The position numbers and the translations under genes were made by a program. Positions 42,032-52,689 of a DNA stretch of 64,000 nucleotides are shown here, one piece after another (the stretch's first letter is position 1; each line of letters starts with the position of its first letter). This DNA is from Oligoflexales bacterium. Its GTDB lineage: Bacteria; Bdellovibrionota_B; Oligoflexia; Oligoflexales; Bog-1112. The notes beneath the pieces were generated by a model. The model saw only the letters and a list, made by a program, of their open reading frames with translations, was not told the DNA's origin and searched no databases. Where the stretch lies: contig JBGCDR010000131.1 of the NCBI GenBank assembly GCA_045105515.1, forward strand, positions 12,858 through 76,857, read 5' to 3'.

Positions 42032-42547
42032 CTATCCAGCAGATGCTTCTATGTCGTCATTGTTGCCCTTTGCTAAAAGTTCCTGTTGAGCTTTCAAAAG
42101 TTCTTTGGCGCTAATTCTTGCTGACAAATTTTCTACAAAAAACGTTCCTAGCTTTTTTAGTGCTCGATCCCTTGTGTTGGTTATGGCAGTACGAGATACC
42201 TTAGTTTCCTTTGCTAGTTGCCTCTGGCTTTTTCCCTCCCAGAAGATGGCGTCCAAAATTTGTTGTTCCTTCTTGGAAAGGCGCTTGAGGTACTGTCTAA
42301 TTTGCTTCTGTAGTCTAGGGTAATGATCCTCAGTATCCATTTCCTTCACTATTTCCCCGAATCCACGGGAGCAGTTTTCGATGTGATTAGGAGAATGGAG
42401 AAGAGCCTCCTGTCGTGATACATCGACCTCAGCTTGCAAAAATTCTTCCCAAGTCGATAGGCTCCAATTGCGTTTGAGTTCCATGAGTTTGGCATTTGGA
42501 TAAACGTTACCATCTGCATCCAACCAAGGTTTACGATCTATGCTCAT
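42032..42547 (-). CDS. Sigma70 region-4 HTH protein
   Basis: LSKKEQQILDAIFWEGKSQRQLAKE...RDRALKKL; AGGAGG RBS. Confidence 0.8.
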   Translation of the reverse strand: MSIDRKPWLDADGNVYPNAKLMELKRNWSLSTWEEFLQAEVDVSRQEALLHSPNHIENCSRGFGEIVKEMDTEDHYPRLQKQIRQYLKRLSKKEQQILDAIFWEGKSQRQLAKETKVSRTAITNTRDRALKKLGTFFVENLSARISAKELLKAQQELLAKGNNDDIEASAG

Positions 42548-42608
42548 ATGAACCTCCTGTTGTTCTAAAGTTTGACTCCCAGTTACCGTGTGGGAATCAA
42601 TTCTTTGT

Positions 42609-42707
42609 TATGAATTTTTTATATGGAATCTTCTTGCAAACAAATGGGTAATTCATATAGATTTGACCGAACGCCAAGCTGGTTTTGTGTAATTCATATA
42701 AAACCAG
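42609..42707. promoter_or_regulatory. Operator repeats in divergent promoter region
   Basis: GTAATTCATATA at 42648 and 42689; inverted TATGAATT at 42609; CTGGTTTT/AAAACCAG IR around the second copy. Confidence 0.55.
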
Positions 42708-42732
42708 TTTAGAAACGTAGATACAGGTGCTT

Positions 42733-43218
42733 ATGAAGGAATTGATTAAACAGCGAGTTCAGAATCAACTCAGGCAGTTTTTGAAAGACTACCGTAATAT
42801 CAATGGATTAAGCGCCGAACAGGCTGCGGAGCAACTTGAAGTAGAGATTGCAACTTACCGCATTCTTGAAGGCCGCAAGCCCGCGAACCGGGTCGTTTCG
42901 GTCCTTGAATACCTAGAAAAGATTGCGGCGCTCAATAAAATGAGCCTATCTTCTTTCATCAACTACCTCGAAAGATCTGGCCGCACTGAAAGCGGCGTTA
43001 ATCGCATGAAACGCAAACTCTTTGAGTGGGAGAAGGATCTTTTAGAAAAATTTGATTTTGTTGGGATTCCACTTCGCAATCGGTTTATGAAGGGGTTTTT
43101 AAGCAAGGACAAAGGCGAAGTTAAGGAAATCTTAACCTGTCTAACTCGAATAGTGTCACTGCCCGCATCAAAGCGTAAGGTGCTTTTTGAATTAGTGCGT
43201 GAAATGGGGACTAAATGA
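42733..43218 (+). CDS. XRE-family transcriptional regulator
   Basis: LKDYRNINGLSAEQAAEQLEVEIATYRILEG HTH. Confidence 0.75.
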   Translation: MKELIKQRVQNQLRQFLKDYRNINGLSAEQAAEQLEVEIATYRILEGRKPANRVVSVLEYLEKIAALNKMSLSSFINYLERSGRTESGVNRMKRKLFEWEKDLLEKFDFVGIPLRNRFMKGFLSKDKGEVKEILTCLTRIVSLPASKRKVLFELVREMGTK

Positions 43219-43586
43219 GAAGACGTAAAATCATCATTGTCGATGATGAAAAAGACTACAGAGAAGGCTTATCGGAGTTTTTGGCCAGAGATGCAGATGT
43301 TATAAGCTATTCTCACCCTGATGAATTCGCTGAATCCCATAGTGATGCAAGCTCCCTTGAGGGGGTATATCTCATTATTCTTGACTACCGTTTTGACAAC
43401 TTCGATGCTCATGATAAGGATCTCATGACCTATATTCGAGATGATCTTGCCTATCGAAATAGGCTCGTTTTATGGAGTCTTGAGGATGATTTCCCCGAAG
43501 ATTTTAAAGAACAATTTGATGGCATTTTGCAAAAAAAACTTATGACTTTACCCGAGATTGAACAATGTATGGAATCAAAAAAATAA
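43215..43586 (+). CDS. Stand-alone receiver domain protein
   Basis: IIIVDDE, IILDY, terminal K. Confidence 0.75.
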   Translation: MRRRKIIIVDDEKDYREGLSEFLARDADVISYSHPDEFAESHSDASSLEGVYLIILDYRFDNFDAHDKDLMTYIRDDLAYRNRLVLWSLEDDFPEDFKEQFDGILQKKLMTLPEIEQCMESKK

Positions 43587-44704
43587 CCCTAGCAGTGAGT
43601 TTGATTATGATGACAGCAATTGCTTCAGCTAAAACAAAATATTTGGTTGTCGGTGAAAAAATCATATCCAACAACCCATGGCGTAATGAACTAATCAAAG
43701 GACAATACCGTTTTGCAGTTTCAGAAGCGATGCAGGCTCACAAGAAAAAGTATCCCAAAAGTAGCTTACAGTTATTAGAGAGCTTTGATGATGGGCCAAA
43801 TGAGGGCTTTGAACTTGCAGAAAAAAGGGACGCCCTTGGAGTTGTTGGGTATCTTTATTCTATGGATGCTTTTGAGGCTTCACAGGTAGCCTTAAAGCGG
43901 AAGATTCCATATTTGTCCCCTGTGTCACCTCTGGATTCGCTCAAGAATTCATTTGCTTACTCCATGGCAAATTCTCATACGCAACTTCTTCAAAAATATA
44001 AGGAAATTGCTCAGACGAAAGAGTTTAGTAATCCATCCATCGTCCTTTTGCCTGAGACTTTTTTGCCAAATTATGAGTACGAAAAGCTCTATAGAAAAGC
44101 GTTTAAGGTGACGGATACTCTTAAAGGCAATTCCTCTGAGTTGTGGCAAAAACTTGAAGATCAGCTGAAAAAGTCTCCAGAGAACCAGATCATTAATGTT
44201 CTTTTTGCAGGCTTTGCTTTTGAGCAAATGGAACTCGCAGCAATGCTAAGTACCGGATCCTATGCAGATCGAATCAAAATTATAGCCCATTCTCAGTGGT
44301 ATTATTGCCACAAAATTCTGGGAGAGAATTTTACCAAAAATTCAAAAAATATCTACGTAGTCACCGATTACTTTGATGTGCCAGTACTGCCTCAGATAAA
44401 AGAAGAGCCTCCAACATTTAGTCTTGCAGCGTATGACAGCCTCAATAAGATTTTAACATCAGCACCGAAAATAAAAGGCAATAGCCCAGAAGAGCCTATT
44501 GTATACGTACTGAGAGACATGATCGCTTATGCTCTTGAAGTAGCTGAAAATAGTAAAGATCGGGTTGAATTTGGCTATAAATATGGATCAGGACAGTATG
44601 AAGGTGCTTCAGGTTTTTATGAATTCAAGGACAAAGTGTCTACACGAAAGGTTTATTTAGGAAAATGGGACAACGACAGGATAAAGCCTATCAAAAAAAT
44701 ATAG
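43565..44704 (+). CDS. Periplasmic ligand-binding protein (type I PBP-like)
   Basis: Signal peptide; GVVGYLYS, IPYLSP, YEGASG...F. Confidence 0.6.
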   Translation: MYGIKKITLAVSLIMMTAIASAKTKYLVVGEKIISNNPWRNELIKGQYRFAVSEAMQAHKKKYPKSSLQLLESFDDGPNEGFELAEKRDALGVVGYLYSMDAFEASQVALKRKIPYLSPVSPLDSLKNSFAYSMANSHTQLLQKYKEIAQTKEFSNPSIVLLPETFLPNYEYEKLYRKAFKVTDTLKGNSSELWQKLEDQLKKSPENQIINVLFAGFAFEQMELAAMLSTGSYADRIKIIAHSQWYYCHKILGENFTKNSKNIYVVTDYFDVPVLPQIKEEPPTFSLAAYDSLNKILTSAPKIKGNSPEEPIVYVLRDMIAYALEVAENSKDRVEFGYKYGSGQYEGASGFYEFKDKVSTRKVYLGKWDNDRIKPIKKI

Positions 44705-45990
44705 CTGAATACCTGCGAGCCCAGTTTAACCGACATGCAATCTTAACTGGTATTCTCCTTGTATTTATCAGCATTGTTGTTTTTGCTGCGTCCATAAAAT
44801 TTTCAACAGATCGCTACATTGGTCGGATTTGTGAGGAAATGAGCCGTAGTGCGCGAATTTTGGTAGAAACATCACAGCTTGATTCTTATGAATCATATCA
44901 TAAAGAAATTGCTGGTAAGCTTCAAAATGAATTTGGAATTAAAAATCTAGAAATCACGAAAGATAAGCCAAATAATAGCTGGAGCCAATATTCGCTAGGG
45001 CATTGTTTTGTAGAATGGCTACCTAGCTTGCAAGCAGCTTTCTATTCCCCCACGCACTGGGCTGGTAATAAAGTATTTGTTAGAGGAATTATTGACATAC
45101 AATTTTTTCGTAGTGATTTAATTTTACTTATAATTGCGATATGTCTAGCTTTGGTCGCTTGCTATTTCTTTGGAACGAGATCACTTCTTAGAGGCATTCG
45201 GGACAATATTTCTAGTCCTTTGCACGAAGTGTGGGAGGGAGTCAAGTCCGGGAATAAGCCAAAAAATCTTGAAATAAAGGAACTTCGAGATCTTTGGGCT
45301 TCCTTAGTTGAATACAAAGAGCTCACCCTTATTCGTCACAGGATGCTTCTTGCTAAAGAATATTATCACGAGCTGAAGTCTCCAGCCTATTACCAATACA
45401 ATCAGCTTAAACGGTTGACTCTCATCAATGATCCAAACAAGCAGCAAGAGATGATCTCTGGAACTCTGCTTAGGGCCGATGAGTTAATTGGTAAAATGGA
45501 GAAAGCTCTAAAGAAGATAGCCACAGACGATTATGCCAAGCACCCAAAGCAGGTTGATCTAAGAAAAATAATTGACCCTAAAATGAAAAATGTCACGATT
45601 CATGGCAAATCTTTTGCTTTTGGAGATAAGACGCTGCTTTGCACCCTTTTGGAGAATCTTCATAGCAATGCTATGGACTCCTGTGGTGATCAGAAATTGA
45701 TTCGGACAGTTATTAGCAACAGAAATCAAGATGTGGTCGTGTCGATTACGAATCCAGTACCAAATGGCACAGAAATAAGCATTGAAAAAGTTTTTACTAG
45801 CGGATTTACAAGCAAAACCGAGGGGACAGGCATTGGACTAAGTTTATGCAAGCACATAGTTGAGCTTCATAAAGGAACAATCGAAGCCAATTTTCATAAA
45901 AATAAATCCACATTTGAAATCAAATTTCAACTACCCGCAAGCAAGAGGAATGAAAATGCACCAACAGAGCGAAATATTTTACCATCCTGA
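44665..45990 (+). CDS. Sensor histidine kinase
   Basis: Two TMs, HELKSP, NLHSNA, FTSK.EGTGIGL. Confidence 0.85.
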   Translation: MGQRQDKAYQKNIAEYLRAQFNRHAILTGILLVFISIVVFAASIKFSTDRYIGRICEEMSRSARILVETSQLDSYESYHKEIAGKLQNEFGIKNLEITKDKPNNSWSQYSLGHCFVEWLPSLQAAFYSPTHWAGNKVFVRGIIDIQFFRSDLILLIIAICLALVACYFFGTRSLLRGIRDNISSPLHEVWEGVKSGNKPKNLEIKELRDLWASLVEYKELTLIRHRMLLAKEYYHELKSPAYYQYNQLKRLTLINDPNKQQEMISGTLLRADELIGKMEKALKKIATDDYAKHPKQVDLRKIIDPKMKNVTIHGKSFAFGDKTLLCTLLENLHSNAMDSCGDQKLIRTVISNRNQDVVVSITNPVPNGTEISIEKVFTSGFTSKTEGTGIGLSLCKHIVELHKGTIEANFHKNKSTFEIKFQLPASKRNENAPTERNILPS

Positions 45991-46699
45991 ACTCCGTCTT
46001 GTGGAAGATAGAATTGGAATTCATGTGGTTAAAACCATTGTAGACGAAACACAACCAACACTCTTGTATCTTCCTGGACTCTCCAACGAGGCTATCGAGG
46101 GCTTTAATAGTTTAGCTCCATGCCTAGAAAAAGGGTTTAACGTAGCAAGTATGAGTTTCAGAGGCCGTGGTCAGAGTTCAACCCCCAAAATGGGCTACTC
46201 TATGGAAGACCACGCAGAGGACTTTGCCCTTGTTGTTGATACTTTAAAGGCTAAAAAATTGATCGTCGTGGCAACAAGTATTAGCACCTTATATGCAGCC
46301 CGACACCTTGTTGAAGATGGTGGTGATAAAGTTGCAGGTATGGTGATTGTGGATCACCCCCTGCATGTCAAAAAATTGAAACAAGGTTGGGCAGAAGAAT
46401 TTTCAAAGCTTACGGTCAATGGTGTGCCTGTGACGAAGACTATGCGTCGATCTGCAATGGATTGCGTAGAGAAAGAGTCTGAGGCTTATGACCTTTATTT
46501 TTCCTTTATGGAGTTGGAAATACCGACGCTAGTTTTGTACCCAACTATTCCAAAGGGAATTATTGGAGAAAACGACATTGAAAGATTTAAGCATCAGGGT
46601 GCAAAATTGGTTGAGTTTGAGGATTCGAACCATTTTATTAGGTTGAGGCAACCTGAAAAGTATTGCAAAGAAATTATGGCGTTTGCAGAGTCTATTTAG
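45950..46699 (+). CDS. Alpha/beta hydrolase
   Basis: LYLPG, SFRGRGQS, ATSIS elbow, SNHF. Confidence 0.75.
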   Translation: MKMHQQSEIFYHPELRLVEDRIGIHVVKTIVDETQPTLLYLPGLSNEAIEGFNSLAPCLEKGFNVASMSFRGRGQSSTPKMGYSMEDHAEDFALVVDTLKAKKLIVVATSISTLYAARHLVEDGGDKVAGMVIVDHPLHVKKLKQGWAEEFSKLTVNGVPVTKTMRRSAMDCVEKESEAYDLYFSFMELEIPTLVLYPTIPKGIIGENDIERFKHQGAKLVEFEDSNHFIRLRQPEKYCKEIMAFAESI

Positions 46700-47264
46700 G
46701 AAAAGACTAGGATTAGTATTGAAAACAGGTAATAAAAGCATTGATTTTGGTCTTGGAGACGTTGATCTACATAAAGACTTCCTATCACTGAATAGGACAG
46801 TATTGAATCCCCTAAGGCTAAAGCCTGAAAACATTCAGGTGGATCAGGAAAGTCAGGAATATGGGGCTCTTCGTTTTGATCTTGAGGGTAAGAAAATAAA
46901 ATTTAGAGTAGGAAAGACAACTCCTACTAAAGTAGGACACTTTGTAACTCTGTGGAAGCGTGTAGGTGGCGTGACTGCTCCCCACGAAAGCACTGATGAA
47001 GTCGATTTCTTTGTTATAGGCACAAGACACAAAGAAAACATAGGTTTTTTTCTGTTCTCAAAGGAAGTGCTGATTCAAAAGAAGATATTCTCAAATAACG
47101 GCACAGGTGGAAAAAGAGGAATTCGTGTTTATTCACCTTGGGTATTGACGACAAGTAAGCAGGCGAAAAGTACTCAGATCTGGCAAGGGAAATATTTTTG
47201 TGATTTTTCTAGTCGAGCCTCTGGGACGGACAACTTTAAGGCAATTTGGAGCGAAGGTGAATAA
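46683..47264 (+). CDS. MepB-family protein
   Basis: ESQEYGA, KTTPTKVGHFVTLWKR, GKRGIRVYSPW. Confidence 0.85.
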   Translation: MQSLFRKRLGLVLKTGNKSIDFGLGDVDLHKDFLSLNRTVLNPLRLKPENIQVDQESQEYGALRFDLEGKKIKFRVGKTTPTKVGHFVTLWKRVGGVTAPHESTDEVDFFVIGTRHKENIGFFLFSKEVLIQKKIFSNNGTGGKRGIRVYSPWVLTTSKQAKSTQIWQGKYFCDFSSRASGTDNFKAIWSEGE

Positions 47265-48321
47265 GCAAAATATTATAGACAAGTTAAAAACCTATAATCT
47301 TGGACTTAAGCGAGGTACAGTTGGTTTAAAACCATATCAGGATTCATGGTCTGACGCTTTTGTTTTTGTGTGTGATCTTATCATAAAAGCAACGCCAGGA
47401 TCTGAAGTTTGTCATGTTGGAAGTACTTCAGTCAAGGGTTGCTCTGCCAAACCGATACTTGACGTGTTGATATTTCATTCAGCTCATATCAACTTTGCTA
47501 AAGAGACTAAAGCTCTGGAAAATATTGGTTTCAAAGCTAAAGGCGAATACGGAATTTCTGGAAGAACATTTTGCACTTTTTACGATTTAGATGAAAAATT
47601 TGACTTTATACATATCCATGCGTTTCCCAAAAGGCACTCTAATGGAATGAAGCTCTTAGATTTCAAGGAGAATCTTTTAGGGAATTCCCAAAATATCGAA
47701 AAATATAATTCTTATAAGGCTTCTCTTGTTGAGTCTGGAGTTTCTCGCAAGGAGTATCCAGATGCAAAAACAGGTTTCATCAAAGGTATCCTAGAACCTA
47801 AAAAAAATAAAATCATCCATTTTGCTAAAACTAAGCGAGAGCAGTCAGACTCTGTTAAAACATGGTTGACTAAACCTCACATTACGGAATGGCTGCATAG
47901 CGAGGGGCTCAACAATACTTTTGTAAGCTTAGATGAAAGTTTTATTGGTGACTCAGATATGGAGCATTGGATTGCCTATGAAGATGGCAATCCTTTTGGA
48001 TACTTAATTACTTCTGAAGTAGATAAAAACTTTAGTGATGTCTCTGGAATTGACTCAGATTGTGGAAAAGCCATTACTCTTGATCTTTTCATCTTTGACG
48101 AGGATTACCTTGGTAGAGGTTATGGAACGAGAATGATCAAAGAATTCTTGCTCTCTATGTTCCCTAATATTACAGATGTTCTGATTGACCCTGAAATTCG
48201 TAATGAACGAGCCATCCATGTTTATAAGAAGGTTGGGTTCAAAATCATCAAGGAGTTTATAGCCTCTTGGCATCCTGTGCCTCACTATCAGATGCATTTA
48301 CGAATAGCAGACTGGAGTTGA
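47257..48321 (+). CDS. GrpB (nucleotidyltransferase-like)-GNAT acetyltransferase fusion
   Basis: HVGSTSVKGCSAKPILD...Y...KTGFI, then WLTKPHI...LGRGYG...DPEIRNERAIHVYKKVGF. Confidence 0.85.
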   Translation: MNKQNIIDKLKTYNLGLKRGTVGLKPYQDSWSDAFVFVCDLIIKATPGSEVCHVGSTSVKGCSAKPILDVLIFHSAHINFAKETKALENIGFKAKGEYGISGRTFCTFYDLDEKFDFIHIHAFPKRHSNGMKLLDFKENLLGNSQNIEKYNSYKASLVESGVSRKEYPDAKTGFIKGILEPKKNKIIHFAKTKREQSDSVKTWLTKPHITEWLHSEGLNNTFVSLDESFIGDSDMEHWIAYEDGNPFGYLITSEVDKNFSDVSGIDSDCGKAITLDLFIFDEDYLGRGYGTRMIKEFLLSMFPNITDVLIDPEIRNERAIHVYKKVGFKIIKEFIASWHPVPHYQMHLRIADWS

Positions 48322-48324
48322 ATC

Positions 48325-49233
48325 ATGGTCGTGATCCCGGCAGATATTGATATTGACGAAGAAATAGCCATGAGTGCAATTTCTAATGAATTTTCGCTTT
48401 CGGTTGATTCAATAAAATTGCTGGGTGAAGGTTGGGACAACCTTGTTTTCTTGGTCAATGAAGCTTTTGTATTTCGATTCTCTAGGCGGAAAGTGGCTAT
48501 TCCCTTGATTGAAAGGGAAATTCGAGTTTTAGCAAAGGTTGCATCAAAATTACCATTAGCTATTCCTCAACCTCAATATTGTTCGAGGGGCACAGAAGTC
48601 TATCCTCATGCGTTCTATGGGCATAGGATTATTCCCGGAGTTACAGGGTGTCAAATTGACTTTCAGGAAGATGAATACAAAGCAGCTGCTTCAAAATTAG
48701 GTATGCTTCTTTCAGTTCTGCATGGGGTGGATTTAGCAGAATTGCGATCAGTTGAAGACCCCATGGTTCCAGTTTTCGACCGAACAGATACGAAACAGAT
48801 GTTTGCAACCTTTGATCAGCGTTTTGATTCGGTGTGCAAAACATTTTTATCTTTGAACACAGAAACAAAAATATCTGAGATTAAAAATGCCGCTAAAAAC
48901 TATAGATCTGATCAAAGCAAAAGCTCCTTAGTTCATGGTGATCTGTATCATCGCCACCTTGTTTTCAATGGTGAAAATAAACTTACGGGTGTTATTGACT
49001 GGGGTGATTGTTGCATTTCAGATCCAGTTGTTGACCTTGGTGTAGTTTACCAGTTTTTACCTCTTCGGGTTCATACCCACTTTTGGAATGCTTACGGTGA
49101 AGTTTCATTAGAGGCTCGAAATTACGCGAGGTTTTTAGGCCTGTATTCTGCAATCGCGCTGCTTTGGTTTGGACACGATCGAGGTGATAAGAGGCTTGTT
49201 GATACCGCCCTTAATACCGTTGATATGATTTAG
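48325..49233 (+). CDS. APH-family phosphotransferase
   Basis: GEGWDN, HGDLYHRH, GVIDWGD. Confidence 0.88.
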   Translation: MVVIPADIDIDEEIAMSAISNEFSLSVDSIKLLGEGWDNLVFLVNEAFVFRFSRRKVAIPLIEREIRVLAKVASKLPLAIPQPQYCSRGTEVYPHAFYGHRIIPGVTGCQIDFQEDEYKAAASKLGMLLSVLHGVDLAELRSVEDPMVPVFDRTDTKQMFATFDQRFDSVCKTFLSLNTETKISEIKNAAKNYRSDQSKSSLVHGDLYHRHLVFNGENKLTGVIDWGDCCISDPVVDLGVVYQFLPLRVHTHFWNAYGEVSLEARNYARFLGLYSAIALLWFGHDRGDKRLVDTALNTVDMI

Positions 49234-49245
49234 AAGGAAAAGGAC

Positions 49246-49455
49246 ATGAAGGCATCTAAAGCTGCCCAGGAGAGGTGGGATAAAATCCCCTCTGAAGTGC
49301 GAATGAAAATTTTAAATAACGTTTGGTGTGGGAACTGTAGAAAGTCTGTAAATATCGATGTCGATAAGATGAGTACAGACAAATTTGGACTGATATTGAA
49401 CGGGAAATGCATGAACTGCGATGGACCTGTAGCTCGTGTTATTGAAAAGGATTAA
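49246..49455 (+). CDS. Small zinc-ribbon protein
   Basis: CGNC...CMNC; RBS AAGGA. Confidence 0.65.
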   Translation: MKASKAAQERWDKIPSEVRMKILNNVWCGNCRKSVNIDVDKMSTDKFGLILNGKCMNCDGPVARVIEKD

Positions 49456-49458
49456 GAC

Positions 49459-49845
49459 ATGATAGATCATACTGGACTAAAAGTAAGCAATCCAACGGCG
49501 AGCCGCAAATTTTACGAAGAGGCCCTAGCACCTCTTGGTTATAAGATGATGATGGAAATACCCAAGGAGCATGTTGATGGCATGGTTGTCCTTGGATATG
49601 GTGTCCCTCCTAAACCAGATTTTTGGGTCGCTGAGGGGGCGCCAAATTCACCACGTTTACATGTTGCTTTTAGGGCTTCTAGCCACAAAGAAGTGGATGG
49701 ATTTTATAAAGCAGCCCTTGCAGCTGGTGGAAAAGACAATGGTGCTCCTGGTCCAAGGCCTCATTATCATGAGAACTACTACGGAGCTTTTGTGTTGGAC
49801 CCAGATGGGCATAATATCGAAGCTGTTTGTCATGAGTCTCAATAA
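49459..49845 (+). CDS. VOC/glyoxalase-family protein
   Basis: MIDHTGL, HVAFRA, GGKDNGAPG.R..Y..NYYGAFVLDPDGHNIEAVC. Confidence 0.93.
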   Translation: MIDHTGLKVSNPTASRKFYEEALAPLGYKMMMEIPKEHVDGMVVLGYGVPPKPDFWVAEGAPNSPRLHVAFRASSHKEVDGFYKAALAAGGKDNGAPGPRPHYHENYYGAFVLDPDGHNIEAVCHESQ

Positions 49846-51639
49846 AGAAAGAGCCTAGCCAAGAGGCTACTAAGACGAGATTATAAATATTTTGTGGCAT
49901 TAGACTTGACCCAGCCAAGAAGCCTTTACCATGATTAACTAATCAGTTTCTCCCATGATATTTTTTAAAACTACAACGATTAAGCTGTATGTTATGCTCA
50001 TCATATCTTTCATTTGAGTCCTTTCGCTCATTGTTAGACGCTTGGTGTATGCAGTTCCCTTTTCCGCATAGGGATGACTACCTGGAAGGATATTTCGACG
50101 GTCATTGATTTTTCCCAATAATTCCACTAGCTGCGGATGGTGTTTTGCAAAACTCTTTCCAGGGTCTAGGAAATGACCATATTTTTCTTTAAATGACACA
50201 TTATTTTTATTCTTTAAAGCTATTGCTCCTGGAATATTTTTCTGATTCAACACGACTTGAATATTATAGATTAGTAAGTGATTGAAACTGTTCATACATC
50301 CTAACCATTTGTCGCGAGATGAATCGAAACAAACATTAGCTTGCTTTAGTAAACTTACAGCATGACCATAATCAGAACCTAGTAGGGTTTTCCACTTTTT
50401 TGTTGGATCGGTTTTAAAGTGCTTCTTCAAAATGATGGAAATAGGGTCACGTTTTTTCGAAGGTGTACCACAGATGCCAAGTTCCGAGAACGTCGATGCT
50501 ACTTGTGAATTGTGAATCGCACTAGTAGGGAACGATATATTTAGACGAGCCAGATTGGAGGATAACATAATTCCTGGTTCAGGAAGACTTCTAGATAGAA
50601 AACGTTTGACTATAGGAGTCTCCTGCCCAAAATATTTATCATTTATAAGAGGAGCTAGAATCGCTTGTATCAAGGCATAATTTTCATAAAGGAGCCAGTT
50701 TGTTAAATTTGTTCCATAGATATTATCATGGCAGACAAGGAAATTATGAATACCAAGCCTTGCTGAGAACGAAACTTTTCTTTCTTTTAATAAATCGGTA
50801 GCTCTTCTTCTTAGGGTTGTGCGATCGCCTGCTGGTATATGCTCGAGGGCTACAGATAAAAATTGCCAACACTGCCCTTGGACGTAATCATAAGGACTAC
50901 TTTTGAGGTTTTCTTGGATGGCTAAAATCACGGACTTAGTCGAAATATGATTAGTTAAGAAAGAGAGAAATGCATCCACATGTTCTGGAAGAGACTGCCA
51001 GATTTTAAGAACTTTTAAACGAATTTTTGATGAAGGCATGCTGTGAAAAAGTACATATCGCAATTGTGATTTATTGATCAACATCCCAGTTTCGTTAAAA
51101 CATCGATCAAATATCTCCTCTGCTTCCCCCTTTTCTAATTCCTTTTTCGTGGATATATCACGGCTAGCTCCATCAGGACTAGGCTCGTGGTAGGAGAAGT
51201 CTGGAGCATTAGAAATATTGAGTACTTCGAATTTTTTCGATTGAGGAATTAGTCCAAGGTCTCTACAGAGGATTTCTAGGTAGACCACTGATTTTCTGGC
51301 TGCATTTTCAGTTTTCCCAAATATTCTCACATCATCGACATATCTGCAGTAAGTGGTAGCATTCATTTTTTCATCTATTGGCATTAAATAGTATTCTGCC
51401 AATAGATCTGATGTAATTGGCCCTTGTGGGATGCCATGAGATTTTCCATCACTTGTTTTTTCGCCTGTCCATCTACTTAGACATTTATAGATGAATGAAC
51501 CTAACTCATCTGTAGCCTTTCTAGGAAGTAAGCATCTAACTAAAATATCGTGAGAAATGGTGTCGTAAAATGCAGCTAGATCAAAATGAACGACCCATTT
51601 ATAGTCGAATTTGAGACGATTTTGGATTCGAGTACAATA

Positions 51640-52689
51640 GAGTCTTTGCATAATTCAGAAACTCAGTCATAGCAATGGCGCGACACTAATTTATTACTTA
51701 GTGACAATTCTTTCCTAATTTACTAAAATGACTCGAATTTTGACTGGGAGTACCAATGATAAGCTTCGAAGACATATTAGATAATCCAAAAAAATTGAAC
51801 ACAATGACAGGTGTTTGCATTGAAGAATTTGAGATAATTTTCGAAGAATTTGAGGTTGAGTTAAACCAAATCAGAAATCCTAATCGAGTGAAATCAGGTG
51901 CTCCTTCTAAATTAACGGTAAAAGAAAAATTATTGATGGTTCTTATTCATTATCGACACTATCAAAATTTTGATGTTATTGGTGTTATTTTCAATGTGGA
52001 TGGTAGTACAGTTAAACGATGGTTAGATAGCTGTGAAAGTGCTATAGAGGCCATTTTAGAAAAAAAAAACTTCTCCCATTTGATACCTCGGAATCAAGAT
52101 CCGAGCTTAAAAATGCAATTAACTCCCAGACAGAAATCTATATCGATGGCACTGAACAGCCTATAAGACGTCCTCAGAATTCAAAAGAGCAGAAAGATAA
52201 TTATTCCGGAAAAAAGAAGAAGCACACATCAAAAATTCTTATTTTGACGAATCAATCTAAAGAAATTATTGGGATGACTCCTGTTTATGTTGGAAAATCT
52301 CATGATTTCTCTATGTTTAAGAAAGAGGAAATATCCGACCTTATCCCACCTAAAACCCTTGTCTATGTTGATACTGGCTTCGAAGGTATTGATAAATTAG
52401 TAGAGAAATCTCAGGTTAGAAAACCAAAAAAGAAGCCGAAGTCAAGAAAGTTAAATGGTGGAGAACAGCATGGAAACCGAGTAATATCGAGCAAACGCAT
52501 AATTGTTGAGCATGCTATTGGTGGCTTCAAAAAATTTAAAATAACAGCAAATATATTTCGAGGCATTACAAAAACTATGGATAAAGCATTTAGAATTGCA
52601 GCTGGGCTATGGAACCTTCATTTAAAATTTAAAGCTGGAGAGCTTACTTGATAAGGCGGCGGCTTGTTTGTTGAATTATGCAAAGAGTC
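51640..52689 (+). mobile_element. IS5-family (ISL2-like) element, 1050 bp
   Basis: 18-bp IR GAGTCTTTGCATAATTCA / TGAATTATGCAAAGAGTC (1 mismatch); TA duplication at 51638-39 and 52690-91. Confidence 0.92.
51756..52651 (+). CDS. Transposase in two ORFs joined by a -1 frameshift at A10 (52060-52069)
   Basis: HTH in orfA; the -1 frame gives IDGTEQPIRRP, YSGKKKKHT, HD, VDTGF, RIIVEHAIG. Confidence 0.88.
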
